The translations under genes were made by a program, and so were the position numbers. Positions 8,908 through 16,871 of a stretch of DNA of 32,000 bases are shown piece after piece. Position 1 is the stretch's first letter. Each line of letters starts with the position of its first letter. The DNA is from an archaeon (GTDB lineage Archaea; Asgardarchaeota; Thorarchaeia; Thorarchaeales; Thorarchaeaceae). The notes under the pieces were generated by a model. That model was given only the letters and a program-made list of their open reading frames with translations. It made no database searches and was not told where the DNA came from. The stretch lies in NCBI GenBank assembly GCA_024275415.1, contig JAJRZD010000063.1:13035-45034 (forward strand), read 5' to 3'.

Positions 8908-9696
8908 ATGTCTAGCTTTCCAAATTCTAAAGCATATCCATGGGCGCTGACAGGAGTGTTTGCGGCAGTACATTTGGTTCTCAGTATCATCCCAGCAATC
9001 CCTGCTGTCGGTGGTGGGGCCATCTCGCTGGGCGCAATATCGGGCCCTCTGGTCGGGTTCTTGCTGGGACCTATCTATGGTACGCTTGCCGTTTTGATAG
9101 GTACCATCATAGGACTGTGGGCCAATCCTACAGCTGCAATCCTGGGATCTTTTGTGATCTTCCCCCCTACAGTGGGTGCCTTTGTAGCGGCCACCATCAG
9201 GGCAAAAAAGGCAATCGTTGTCCCAGTTTTCACCATATATGCCGCCCTGTTGTTCTTTCTAGGCCCTCTAGGAGAATACACACTGATCTACATGCAGGTG
9301 CACATAATAGCAGCGATACTCGCACTCTTTATGGTTCTGCCTCCGTTAAGGGATTCTTTTGACAACATAGTGAAAGACAAGTCGCCGAAGAATATCGTGC
9401 TTCTAATCATTTCCTATTGGATCCTGAGCTTTGCCGCTCTCATGGCAGACCATGCGATTGGTTCAGCCATTGGAGTTCCGTACTTCAATACAGTCCTTGG
9501 ATGGTCAGTTCCAGACCTGAAGTTCATCTTCATTGATCTTATCATCTATGTCTTCCCAATTGAAAGACTGTTGATGTCATTCTTACTGGCGTTCACGATA
9601 TTCGCTCTAGACCGAGCGCTATCTAAGACTCAGTTCAGACCGCCCTTGATTTCAGATAGAACATCTCATATACAAGAATTGCCTAGCCAACAGTAG
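8908..9696 (+). CDS. ECF-type transporter S-component-like membrane protein (substrate unknown)
   Basis: ALTGVFAAVHLVLSIIP...GPLVGFLLGPIYGTLAVLIGTIIG is the typical S-component N-terminal pattern; multiple TM helices; no T/A subunits nearby. Confidence 0.75.
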   Translation: MSSFPNSKAYPWALTGVFAAVHLVLSIIPAIPAVGGGAISLGAISGPLVGFLLGPIYGTLAVLIGTIIGLWANPTAAILGSFVIFPPTVGAFVAATIRAKKAIVVPVFTIYAALLFFLGPLGEYTLIYMQVHIIAAILALFMVLPPLRDSFDNIVKDKSPKNIVLLIISYWILSFAALMADHAIGSAIGVPYFNTVLGWSVPDLKFIFIDLIIYVFPIERLLMSFLLAFTIFALDRALSKTQFRPPLISDRTSHIQELPSQQ

Positions 9697-9698
9697 AT

Positions 9699-9736
9699 AG
9701 AATAGCGCTTTGCGCTATTCTCCCTTTCTTTTTCAG
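9699..9736 (+). terminator. Hairpin + T-tract terminator after the ECF S-component gene
   Basis: AGAATAGCGC-ttt-GCGCTATTCT 10-bp stem (9699-9721), then TTTCTTTTTCAG. Confidence 0.75.
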
Positions 9737-9997
9737 AGTGCGCAGTTAGTCTTAAACCATCAGAGGTAGCGATAATATGTGTGGCATTGTCGCATTCCAT
9801 CATTGGTTGTGAATCACAGACTTCAACTCAGCCGGTATGCCTAAGTGTGTCCTGTGCTCACAAGACTTGTGTCCTCTTGACAGCTCTGCGAGGAACGAAG
9901 CTTCATAAGATTTCGCACCACATAGGAGCTTGGAACGGGGGACTCTAATCCGTTCACCGTTGACATGTGGATAACAAAAAAAGGAGTATCATGAACA

Positions 9998-10831
9998 ATG
10001 CAGATAGAAGCATTTTGGTTCGGACTTTGGTTCCTTGTCATAGTGTTTGCCATCTTTCTCTTGATGTTCATCGTAAGTGGCATCAAAGTCCTGAAAGAAT
10101 GGGAACGCGTTGCAGTCCTGAGACTTGGCAAGTTCAAACATATCAGAGGTCCGGGTATCATTTGGATAACCCCGATGTTAGACAAGGTAGCCATGAAAGT
10201 ATCATTACGGTTGCAGACCTACGCGTTCAAGACAGAAAGGTCTCTTACTAAAGACAACGTGCCTGTGGTCGTTGATGCTGTTATGTATTTCAGGGTCATC
10301 GATGTAGAAAAAGCAATCCTAAGCGTAGAACGTTACAATATCGCTGTGGAACTCGCTGCTCAGACCACCCTAAGAGAAACAACAGGGAAGGTAACTTTGG
10401 ATCAACTGCTCTCTGACCGTGACAGCATCGCCGCTCACCTCCAAGAGCTTATTGATGAAAAGACAGAGCACTGGGGCGTAAAGGTCACTGCAGTGGAAAT
10501 CCGTGATGTGGTCATCCCAACACAACTCCAAGATGCAATGAGCAGGGAAGCTCAGGCAGAACGTGAGCGGCGCGCACGCATCACTCTCGCACAAGCTGAG
10601 CTAGAGTCCTCTGAAGCTATGCTCAAAGCAGCTCAACTATACGAACAATCCAGTGTTGGCTTCGTCCTTCGTACCTGGAACATCATGCAGGAAATTAGTA
10701 AGAACGCCAATCTAATAATTATGGTGCCTACAAATATTCCCGAGGTGGGCACAACTGTAGGTACGGCAGCAGCTCTGTCAGCTGGGACAGGTGGAATGAG
10801 GATTCCAAAGAACAAGGGGACAGACGTGTAA
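9998..10831 (+). CDS. SPFH/band-7 (stomatin-like) protein
   Basis: N-terminal TM helix, WERVAVLRLGK, GPGIIWITP, TKDNVPVVVDAV, AQTTLR, WGVKVTAVEIRDV, AMSREAQAERERRA. Confidence 0.95.
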   Translation: MQIEAFWFGLWFLVIVFAIFLLMFIVSGIKVLKEWERVAVLRLGKFKHIRGPGIIWITPMLDKVAMKVSLRLQTYAFKTERSLTKDNVPVVVDAVMYFRVIDVEKAILSVERYNIAVELAAQTTLRETTGKVTLDQLLSDRDSIAAHLQELIDEKTEHWGVKVTAVEIRDVVIPTQLQDAMSREAQAERERRARITLAQAELESSEAMLKAAQLYEQSSVGFVLRTWNIMQEISKNANLIIMVPTNIPEVGTTVGTAAALSAGTGGMRIPKNKGTDV

Positions 10832-10865
10832 GAAGAGAATCACGATCTGGTGAGAGGTGAAAGAA

Positions 10866-11567
10866 ATGGACGCCTGGATAAAGATCCTTGTGGTCATGAT
10901 ATTGATATCGGCCCTGAGCATGGTGTTGGGAGTGCTGATTTTCGACCCATTCTACGGGCTGATATTGATAGGGATAATCCTGACCCTGCTCGTCTTGACC
11001 GTGGATCCCGCGACTGGAAAGGCAATGGCGCAGGTGACGATTCCCATCGTTATCATCCTGTTCGTATTCGAGCTCGTGCTCTTTGGAGCTGATCTTGTAT
11101 TCAACCCATTGATGATCTTCGTTATCGGCGCCGTACTCTACATGCTCTTCTCCATGTTCACTGGCGGAGGTATTGTAGAAGGTGGATTCATTGATGCGAA
11201 GTTGTCACTGAAGCTCTTTCCGATCTATGGTGGTGCTATCATCTTGGCGTGGTTCCTGGATCCTACGGGGCATCTGCCCGTGTACATCATGGTTGGTACT
11301 GTGTTTGGGCTGATGTTGCTGTATATGGGATTCCTGAGAAACTACGACAAATGGCCGCAGTACCAATACGGGAAGATGAACAACCTCTTTGCATTGACTG
11401 ACATCAACCCCAAGGGGAAAGTCAAGAGCGGAGCAGAGATATGGTGGGCTAAAACGATGGGTCCACCAATCATGGCTGGTGAGCGTGTGAGAGTGCTTGG
11501 GCTGTCGGGGATGACAATGATAGTCATGAAGGACGAGTCAAGTGAGCTCACACTGGATCAAGCATGA
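10866..11567 (+). CDS. nfeD: NfeD-like membrane protein (stomatin operon partner, no ClpP-like protease domain)
   Basis: About 6-7 hydrophobic helices, then the C-terminal OB fold GKVKSGAEIWWA...GERVRVLGLSGMTMIV; directly downstream of SPFH gene; GAGGTG RBS at 10854-10859. Confidence 0.8.
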   Translation: MDAWIKILVVMILISALSMVLGVLIFDPFYGLILIGIILTLLVLTVDPATGKAMAQVTIPIVIILFVFELVLFGADLVFNPLMIFVIGAVLYMLFSMFTGGGIVEGGFIDAKLSLKLFPIYGGAIILAWFLDPTGHLPVYIMVGTVFGLMLLYMGFLRNYDKWPQYQYGKMNNLFALTDINPKGKVKSGAEIWWAKTMGPPIMAGERVRVLGLSGMTMIVMKDESSELTLDQA

Positions 11568-11573
11568 TACAGC

Positions 11574-11611
11574 AAAAAGGTAGGGATGTCCTACCTTTCT
11601 ACTTATTTTTT
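11574..11611. terminator. Bidirectional hairpin terminator between convergent nfeD and CPBP genes
   Basis: AAAGGTAGG(11576-11584)-gatgt-CCTACCTTT(11590-11598), with an A5 tract on the left and a T6 tract (11606-11611) on the right. Confidence 0.65.
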
Positions 11612-12435
11612 CGAGCGAACTTGTCAAGCAATAGGTATACGACAGACAATCCAAACAGGAAGCCAGCAATCGTGGTGATTCCCCATTCTATCTGGAAAAT
11701 CTCCGGCAGGATAACGGTTTCGCGCGGATAGACAGGGAACAGGATATACGCAAGCATGTTCCACATGAAATGGAACCCGATGGGCACCCACAGTTTCTCG
11801 CCAGACCAGTAGTAGGAGTACGATAGGACGACAGCCCCAAGAGTTATGTTCAACGTGAAAAGCAGAACAAGATGGGGTGGCACCGAGCCCAGTGGCGACC
11901 ACCAGCTGAAATGGAAAAGTCCAAAGACCAAGGAGCTGATGATGATACCTTTGCCCTTGCCGACGATGTTCACGATTCGAGTCGTGAGATAGCCCCTGTA
12001 AGCAAGTTCCTCGAAAATGGCAGTAGGCACAGTGATAATGATCTCGTTTACGATGAGATCAGCAGTGAGTACCTCAGGAGGGTTCAGTTGCCCTCCAAAG
12101 GCCAAGGCGAAAATGACAACTAGGATTGCAGCCAAAGAACCAGCAATGGCACCAACGACAAGATTCGAGAACATGTCCTTGTCATCAAGATCCAATCCGA
12201 GCTCGGCAGTTGAAGAACCACCTTCCCATCTCACAAAGAATAGCACTATGAAATAAAGAAGGGCAAATGTCAGGAAGAATAGTCCGGTCGCGACAAGGGC
12301 ATATGATTCTGAACCGTAGAAGGCCCCAGCGATTATTGGGGACATTTCAATGATAAGAAGCATCAGCCCTGCAAAGAGAGTGACCCTAAGTATCTCAACA
12401 TCGCGACTGCTCTGACTGTGTTCACGCACTTTCAT
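11599..12435 (-). CDS. CPBP family intramembrane glutamic endopeptidase (CAAX/Abi protease)
   Basis: FEELAYRG (EExxxR), FGLFH (FxxxH) and HFMWN (HxxxN) motifs; multi-TM. Start uncertain (12435 or 12462). Confidence 0.92.
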   Translation of the reverse strand: MKVREHSQSSRDVEILRVTLFAGLMLLIIEMSPIIAGAFYGSESYALVATGLFFLTFALLYFIVLFFVRWEGGSSTAELGLDLDDKDMFSNLVVGAIAGSLAAILVVIFALAFGGQLNPPEVLTADLIVNEIIITVPTAIFEELAYRGYLTTRIVNIVGKGKGIIISSLVFGLFHFSWWSPLGSVPPHLVLLFTLNITLGAVVLSYSYYWSGEKLWVPIGFHFMWNMLAYILFPVYPRETVILPEIFQIEWGITTIAGFLFGLSVVYLLLDKFARKNK

Positions 12436-12678
12436 TGTAGGAACCAATGAGCCACAGGACAATACATCGTTAAATCTTGTCCTATAGATTCACACGCGAT
12501 TTGATTATCAGCACACTTTTCGTACATATAAGATATGCCAAGCCACCAGATCAGAGAGAAAAAAAAGTACATAGAGCCAACTGATTTAAGTACCCGATGT
12601 GAATCGGACTGTAACATTCATTCATGCTTTGGCCTGAAAGATAACCTGAAGAAGTGAAAACGATAGGAGCGTACATTT

Positions 12679-13863
12679 TTGTCAGATACGAGAAGAATGT
12701 TACTGGATTTCGAAACCGATGAAGTCGGTCGAAAAGCACGGGACGATCCAAAAGTGCGCAAATCGCTCATCAAGGCTCTATCGGACACTTCAGATATCGT
12801 TAGGCAGCGTGCCCTTATTGCGACTATCGAGCTTGGTGACCCTACAATTGTGAAGGATATTGTCAAGTCGCTCAAGGACGAAGATGACGAAGTGAGAGTT
12901 GCTGCTGCCGAGTCATTGGCATACTACAGGCAGCCATCCACAATACCATATCTGTTAGAAGGGCTGAAGGACTCTAATACGTGGGTCAGATCCCACTGTG
13001 CCAACGGGCTTTCCAAGTTGATTGGCGGGCCAATCTGGGCGCGGTTGAAAGAAGAGGATGTTGACACGATACTCGCTGATTTCCCAGAGATGGATGAAGA
13101 ACAGATAAGACAGTTCATGATTGATCTAAAGGTCAGAGAGAACGAGCTCGATAAATTCATGCATTGGCGTAGGAAAAACTTCGAGATTGACATAGACCCC
13201 TCAATTATAGAAGAGCTAGAAACAAAACCACTGATTCTAGAAGGTGCGGACATCAGTGCGCCTGTGAAACCCACTTCTGCTTCGGGTATCTCAACAGAAG
13301 TAGAGGAAATCCTTGCCGAGCTTCCAGACGACATCAGAAGCACTCTACCAGAAGAGGACTTGCGACGATTGACTCCCTCCACTGCGCGAGAGCTAGTGGA
13401 CTCCTTGCTTGCATCATTCGTCAAGAAAGAAGAAGAAAAGCCAAAGAAGAAGAAAAAAGTAAGAGTCAAGAAAGTCCAGAGATCCAAGAAGAAAAAGGGC
13501 CCCACAAAGGAAGAGATGCTTGAGAAGATTCCTGAAGAGATAAGGACACAGATTCCCCCAGATGTCCTTGATGACCTGACAGTAGAGGACTTGGAAGCAC
13601 TCATATCAGCAGATAGTGACGGCGCCAAGTTGCTGCCGGATATCAAAGATGACGAAACAATAGTCAAACCGTCAAAGCCCAAGAAACACAAGAAGATGGC
13701 TGATGCACGGTTCCAGACTCTGACAGACAAGTACGGTGAGGAGAAAGCGGAGATCCTTCTCAGCATACCTGAGGACATGCTAGCCGGAATTCCCGACGAC
13801 CAGATCGAGGAGATGGACATCGATTCCCTGAGGGATCTTGCAGATGCCCTCGCACCAAGGTGA
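12679..13863 (+). CDS. HEAT-repeat protein with Lys-rich linkers and three ~33-aa C-terminal repeats
   Basis: PBS-lyase-type HEAT units (LIKALSDTSDIVRQRA, IVKSLKDEDDEVRVAAAESL, LLEGLKDSNTWVRSHCA); AGGAG RBS before TTG. Confidence 0.85.
   Translation: MSDTRRMLLDFETDEVGRKARDDPKVRKSLIKALSDTSDIVRQRALIATIELGDPTIVKDIVKSLKDEDDEVRVAAAESLAYYRQPSTIPYLLEGLKDSNTWVRSHCANGLSKLIGGPIWARLKEEDVDTILADFPEMDEEQIRQFMIDLKVRENELDKFMHWRRKNFEIDIDPSIIEELETKPLILEGADISAPVKPTSASGISTEVEEILAELPDDIRSTLPEEDLRRLTPSTARELVDSLLASFVKKEEEKPKKKKKVRVKKVQRSKKKKGPTKEEMLEKIPEEIRTQIPPDVLDDLTVEDLEALISADSDGAKLLPDIKDDETIVKPSKPKKHKKMADARFQTLTDKYGEEKAEILLSIPEDMLAGIPDDQIEEMDIDSLRDLADALAPR
13303..13845 (+). repeat. Three degenerate ~33-aa protein repeats
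   Basis: EEILAELPDDIRSTLPEEDLRRLT (from 13303), EEMLEKIPEEIRTQIPPDVLDDLT (from 13510), AEILLSIPEDMLAGIPDDQIEEMD (from 13747). Confidence 0.8.
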
Positions 13864-13869
13864 TTCTAC

Positions 13870-15174
13870 CTATTCATTTCCCCTGATAACAATGGCAAAC
13901 TCGCTTGCCAACCTACCATACCATTCGAGCAAATCACGCATGTTATCCACATGACGATAGGTTCCATTGCCGTATTGGGCAAGTGCCAACATGAGTTCCT
14001 CATCCAGTTCGCTTCGTTCGCCCAACCCTATAGTGTACATCACAAAGCGGTTGCGGTCAGGAAAACGCTCTTTCATTATCTTCAAGGGGGGAGGGCCAGC
14101 TGTCGTCATTCCATCCGTCAACAGGATAATCATTGTCGGTTTGCTTGGGTCTCCGAATGCCTCAAGCACATCTGCGGCTTTGGCTAGAGCATTCCCCATA
14201 TTCGTGAGTGTTCCACCTTCTTCTACCTTATCCACAACATGAGTGCTTATGATTTGAAGCCCTAGAGCTTTCTCACGTCCCGTACATTCTACAAAGGGCT
14301 GGACGTCACCTGTGTCTGCATTCAAGAAAGTCATCTCTTGGACTTCCTTCTCGAATGTGATGACACCGACCTTCTCTCCGTACCCTCGTCCTACCTTCTC
14401 AGCAAGGTAAAGCAAGACCGCCATTGCTGCAGCCTCGGCCCTGCTTACACTACCGCCTTCATTGAACCTATCAAGAAATGCCTGTACTTCAGGGTTGTCA
14501 CCTGCAAGATCCTTTAGTCCCTCACGAGCATGTGCTATGTCCTGAACAGGAACATCAGTAGTCTTCATCGAACCGCTGGTGTCAATGCACAGAATCGCAT
14601 TGAATGGCGTCGCGATACCGATAGTCTTGAACTGGTAACCGGTTTTTTCTTTCAAAGCCTCGAAAGCCAGCTTCGCAAAGCTCTTACCTGTAAGATTAGG
14701 TCGAGTGTTCATTATCTCTACTTTCACATCCAAGTCGGGCCAGTTGAAGGACATGCTTGGGTATACCAGTCGTCCATCAATGAGTTCCTCAAGGGAATCC
14801 ACCTTCTCTGCCGCTTTTGTGACAAGGTCTTCCGCATTCGCATCTTCAGAGAGAGGTTTGAGACCAAACTCCACATATTCGAGAGCAATCATATCACGCT
14901 CATATAGGGTGACATCTACAATATCACCTTCCATCAAAAGTGATGCTTCCAAAACCAAGGTGTCAATGTAAATCTGGTCTTCAGGTACATCATTGCTTTT
15001 TCGAATTTCTGCAGCACCCCAGAAACTGCTCTCGGGGTCTTCAAAGACGACGATGGATCCAATCTCTGCATCCAGTGTTTCAGCGACCTTCGGATTCAAA
15101 GTTGCATAACCACGAAGATCCCCACCATCTACAATCTCAAGACTTACCTTCGCGACGATCGTGATTGCCTCCAT
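13870..15174 (-). CDS. CDC48/NSF N-terminal-like (double-psi barrel + subdomain 2) domain fused to a vWA domain with intact MIDAS
   Basis: N-terminal RGYATLNPKVAETLDAEIGSIV...IYIDTLVLEASLLMEGDIVDV pattern; vWA AILCIDTSGSM, GGTLTNMGNAL, IILLTDG, MYTIGLG. Confidence 0.82.
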   Translation of the reverse strand: MEAITIVAKVSLEIVDGGDLRGYATLNPKVAETLDAEIGSIVVFEDPESSFWGAAEIRKSNDVPEDQIYIDTLVLEASLLMEGDIVDVTLYERDMIALEYVEFGLKPLSEDANAEDLVTKAAEKVDSLEELIDGRLVYPSMSFNWPDLDVKVEIMNTRPNLTGKSFAKLAFEALKEKTGYQFKTIGIATPFNAILCIDTSGSMKTTDVPVQDIAHAREGLKDLAGDNPEVQAFLDRFNEGGSVSRAEAAAMAVLLYLAEKVGRGYGEKVGVITFEKEVQEMTFLNADTGDVQPFVECTGREKALGLQIISTHVVDKVEEGGTLTNMGNALAKAADVLEAFGDPSKPTMIILLTDGMTTAGPPPLKIMKERFPDRNRFVMYTIGLGERSELDEELMLALAQYGNGTYRHVDNMRDLLEWYGRLASEFAIVIRGNE

Positions 15175-15204
15175 TATTCCTTACTTTATTCTGCTCGTTA
15201 AGGG

Positions 15205-15211
15205 ATATAAA
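15205..15211 (-). promoter_or_regulatory. TATA box of the CDC48N-vWA gene
   Basis: TTTATAT on the minus strand ~30 nt upstream of the ATG at 15174. Confidence 0.5.
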
Positions 15212-15226
15212 CAATGGTACACTGTG

Positions 15227-16732
15227 CTAGCGCCCCAAGAGCTTCGGGATAGAACCTATAAAGGGTGCCTCTTCCTTTTCATAGTTTGTGTTCTTGGTCA
15301 GATGCCTGATGATTTCTTCTCCGATATTGGCAGTTGCATAATATGTTGTTCGTACCGAATCTTTCCCTCGGGTCCGAATCGATGCAACAGTGAGCACATC
15401 GCCAGGATTCTCTCGGATCCATAAATGAGACTCGTACCCTTTGCTCTTGTTTCTCAGTGTCACGATGTACGAATCATGGTGAATGCCATTGTACCCGCCA
15501 TCCCCAACACTTCGAACTCGGGGCCATGTATTCTTGGGAGGGATCATCATATCAACTGACGACAGATCCCACTCGCTCTGATGGATGATCTGAACAAGCG
15601 CGTCTTCCACTTGTGATCTAAGAGTGCCACTCGTGTTCGGGCATGCCATTTGTTTCGAGAGAGCCTTGCTCTCAAGGCCAGAATTGAAAGGCTTCTGAAC
15701 CAATGACAGAGTATTGCCACCAAGAATACGCTGGACATCTGATAGATCCCCAGGAAAATCTCGTGAAAGAGCTTGCAAGATGAATTCGGCACCCTGGACT
15801 GAGAGGAAGCTGTAATCGGTTCCAAAAAGAAGTGTTTCAGACCAGTTTCTCGGTTGTACTCTCTCGGATGCCATCTCGAAGAGAAGGGGGATATCCTGAT
15901 CATGTAATGTGGAAGTGTCGGCTGTAAATGCAGGGTCTTTGAGGACATCGTAAAGCTTTGGTGATGCTGGGCTCATCCCGCAATGTGCCAGAATAACCTT
16001 GAGATTGCCAATTGACTCCTGATAACGAGGGTCTTCTCTCATAGTAGTCACTAATTGATGAATTCGAGTCACGGTCCGTATGTTCCGAGTATCAAACAAG
16101 ACGGGAATTCGAAGTTCTGCTGCTCGATACACGACCCGCTGAACCATCTCATCCTCTAACTCATCGATGAACAGCTGAGCCAGAGGATGTAGTTTGAGAC
16201 CTCTAAGACCAAGATCTAGGATTGCACGATCTAATTCCCGTACCGCAATATCATCATCACCACGGGTAGCATCTGTCGGATCCACTCTTGCAAATCCGAT
16301 CAACCTGCTGGAATGAGGAGCGCGTGTAGTCCAACCAGCAATTTTATCATTCGATATCTTGAAGGATGCAGAACCATCAGAGTTCTGCTTGGAATAGTCG
16401 TCAGAGTATGGGAATACTATTGTTCTGTCAACAAGCCAGCCATGCTTCATCCTACTCCAACTATCACGGCTTGAGAAAATCTTGGCGACGAATGGTGTCG
16501 GAATGGCATCCACGGGCTCAAATAGCAGCTCATCCCGTTCGATAGCCCTCTCGGCCAACCGCCTCATCTCAAACCAGAGAAGCTGGAAGAACTCGTACGA
16601 CCCTGTGGGAGTATTCCTGTGAGTCTTCTCACGTCCCATATGATGATGTGCATCAACAAGATAGAGATGAAACAGGTCATCTTTCTTGATGGATTGTTCA
16701 GGGATGTCTTCAATAGCTCGTATCACGAGCAT
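15227..16732 (-). CDS. Amidohydrolase family (Amidohydro_2-like) metal-dependent TIM-barrel hydrolase with ~150-aa C-terminal extension
   Basis: VDAHHHMG, GFARVDP, GLRGLKLHP, ILAHCG, LLFGTDY, RILGGN; GAGGTG RBS upstream. Confidence 0.9.
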   Translation of the reverse strand: MLVIRAIEDIPEQSIKKDDLFHLYLVDAHHHMGREKTHRNTPTGSYEFFQLLWFEMRRLAERAIERDELLFEPVDAIPTPFVAKIFSSRDSWSRMKHGWLVDRTIVFPYSDDYSKQNSDGSASFKISNDKIAGWTTRAPHSSRLIGFARVDPTDATRGDDDIAVRELDRAILDLGLRGLKLHPLAQLFIDELEDEMVQRVVYRAAELRIPVLFDTRNIRTVTRIHQLVTTMREDPRYQESIGNLKVILAHCGMSPASPKLYDVLKDPAFTADTSTLHDQDIPLLFEMASERVQPRNWSETLLFGTDYSFLSVQGAEFILQALSRDFPGDLSDVQRILGGNTLSLVQKPFNSGLESKALSKQMACPNTSGTLRSQVEDALVQIIHQSEWDLSSVDMMIPPKNTWPRVRSVGDGGYNGIHHDSYIVTLRNKSKGYESHLWIRENPGDVLTVASIRTRGKDSVRTTYYATANIGEEIIRHLTKNTNYEKEEAPFIGSIPKLLGR

Positions 16733-16871
16733 AGGTCGTCAGCACCTCGTGGGAGAAGAGATAGCGGTGCAAGTGATAAACTATTGCATATCTTTAGATG
16801 GATGAGATACACTTTAGACATAAAACGTTTCATTCCAACTGAAGAGCGTAGAGTAGAGGAAGATAGAAGAA

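Noticed and set aside
11718-11725. Perfect E2F site TTTCGCGC
   Set aside because: Lies inside the CPBP coding sequence; a single 8-mer is expected by chance at this scale.
12924-13820. 298-aa antisense ORF
   Set aside because: Ser/Ile/Phe-rich shadow of the Glu/Asp/Lys-rich HEAT gene on the opposite strand; no motifs.
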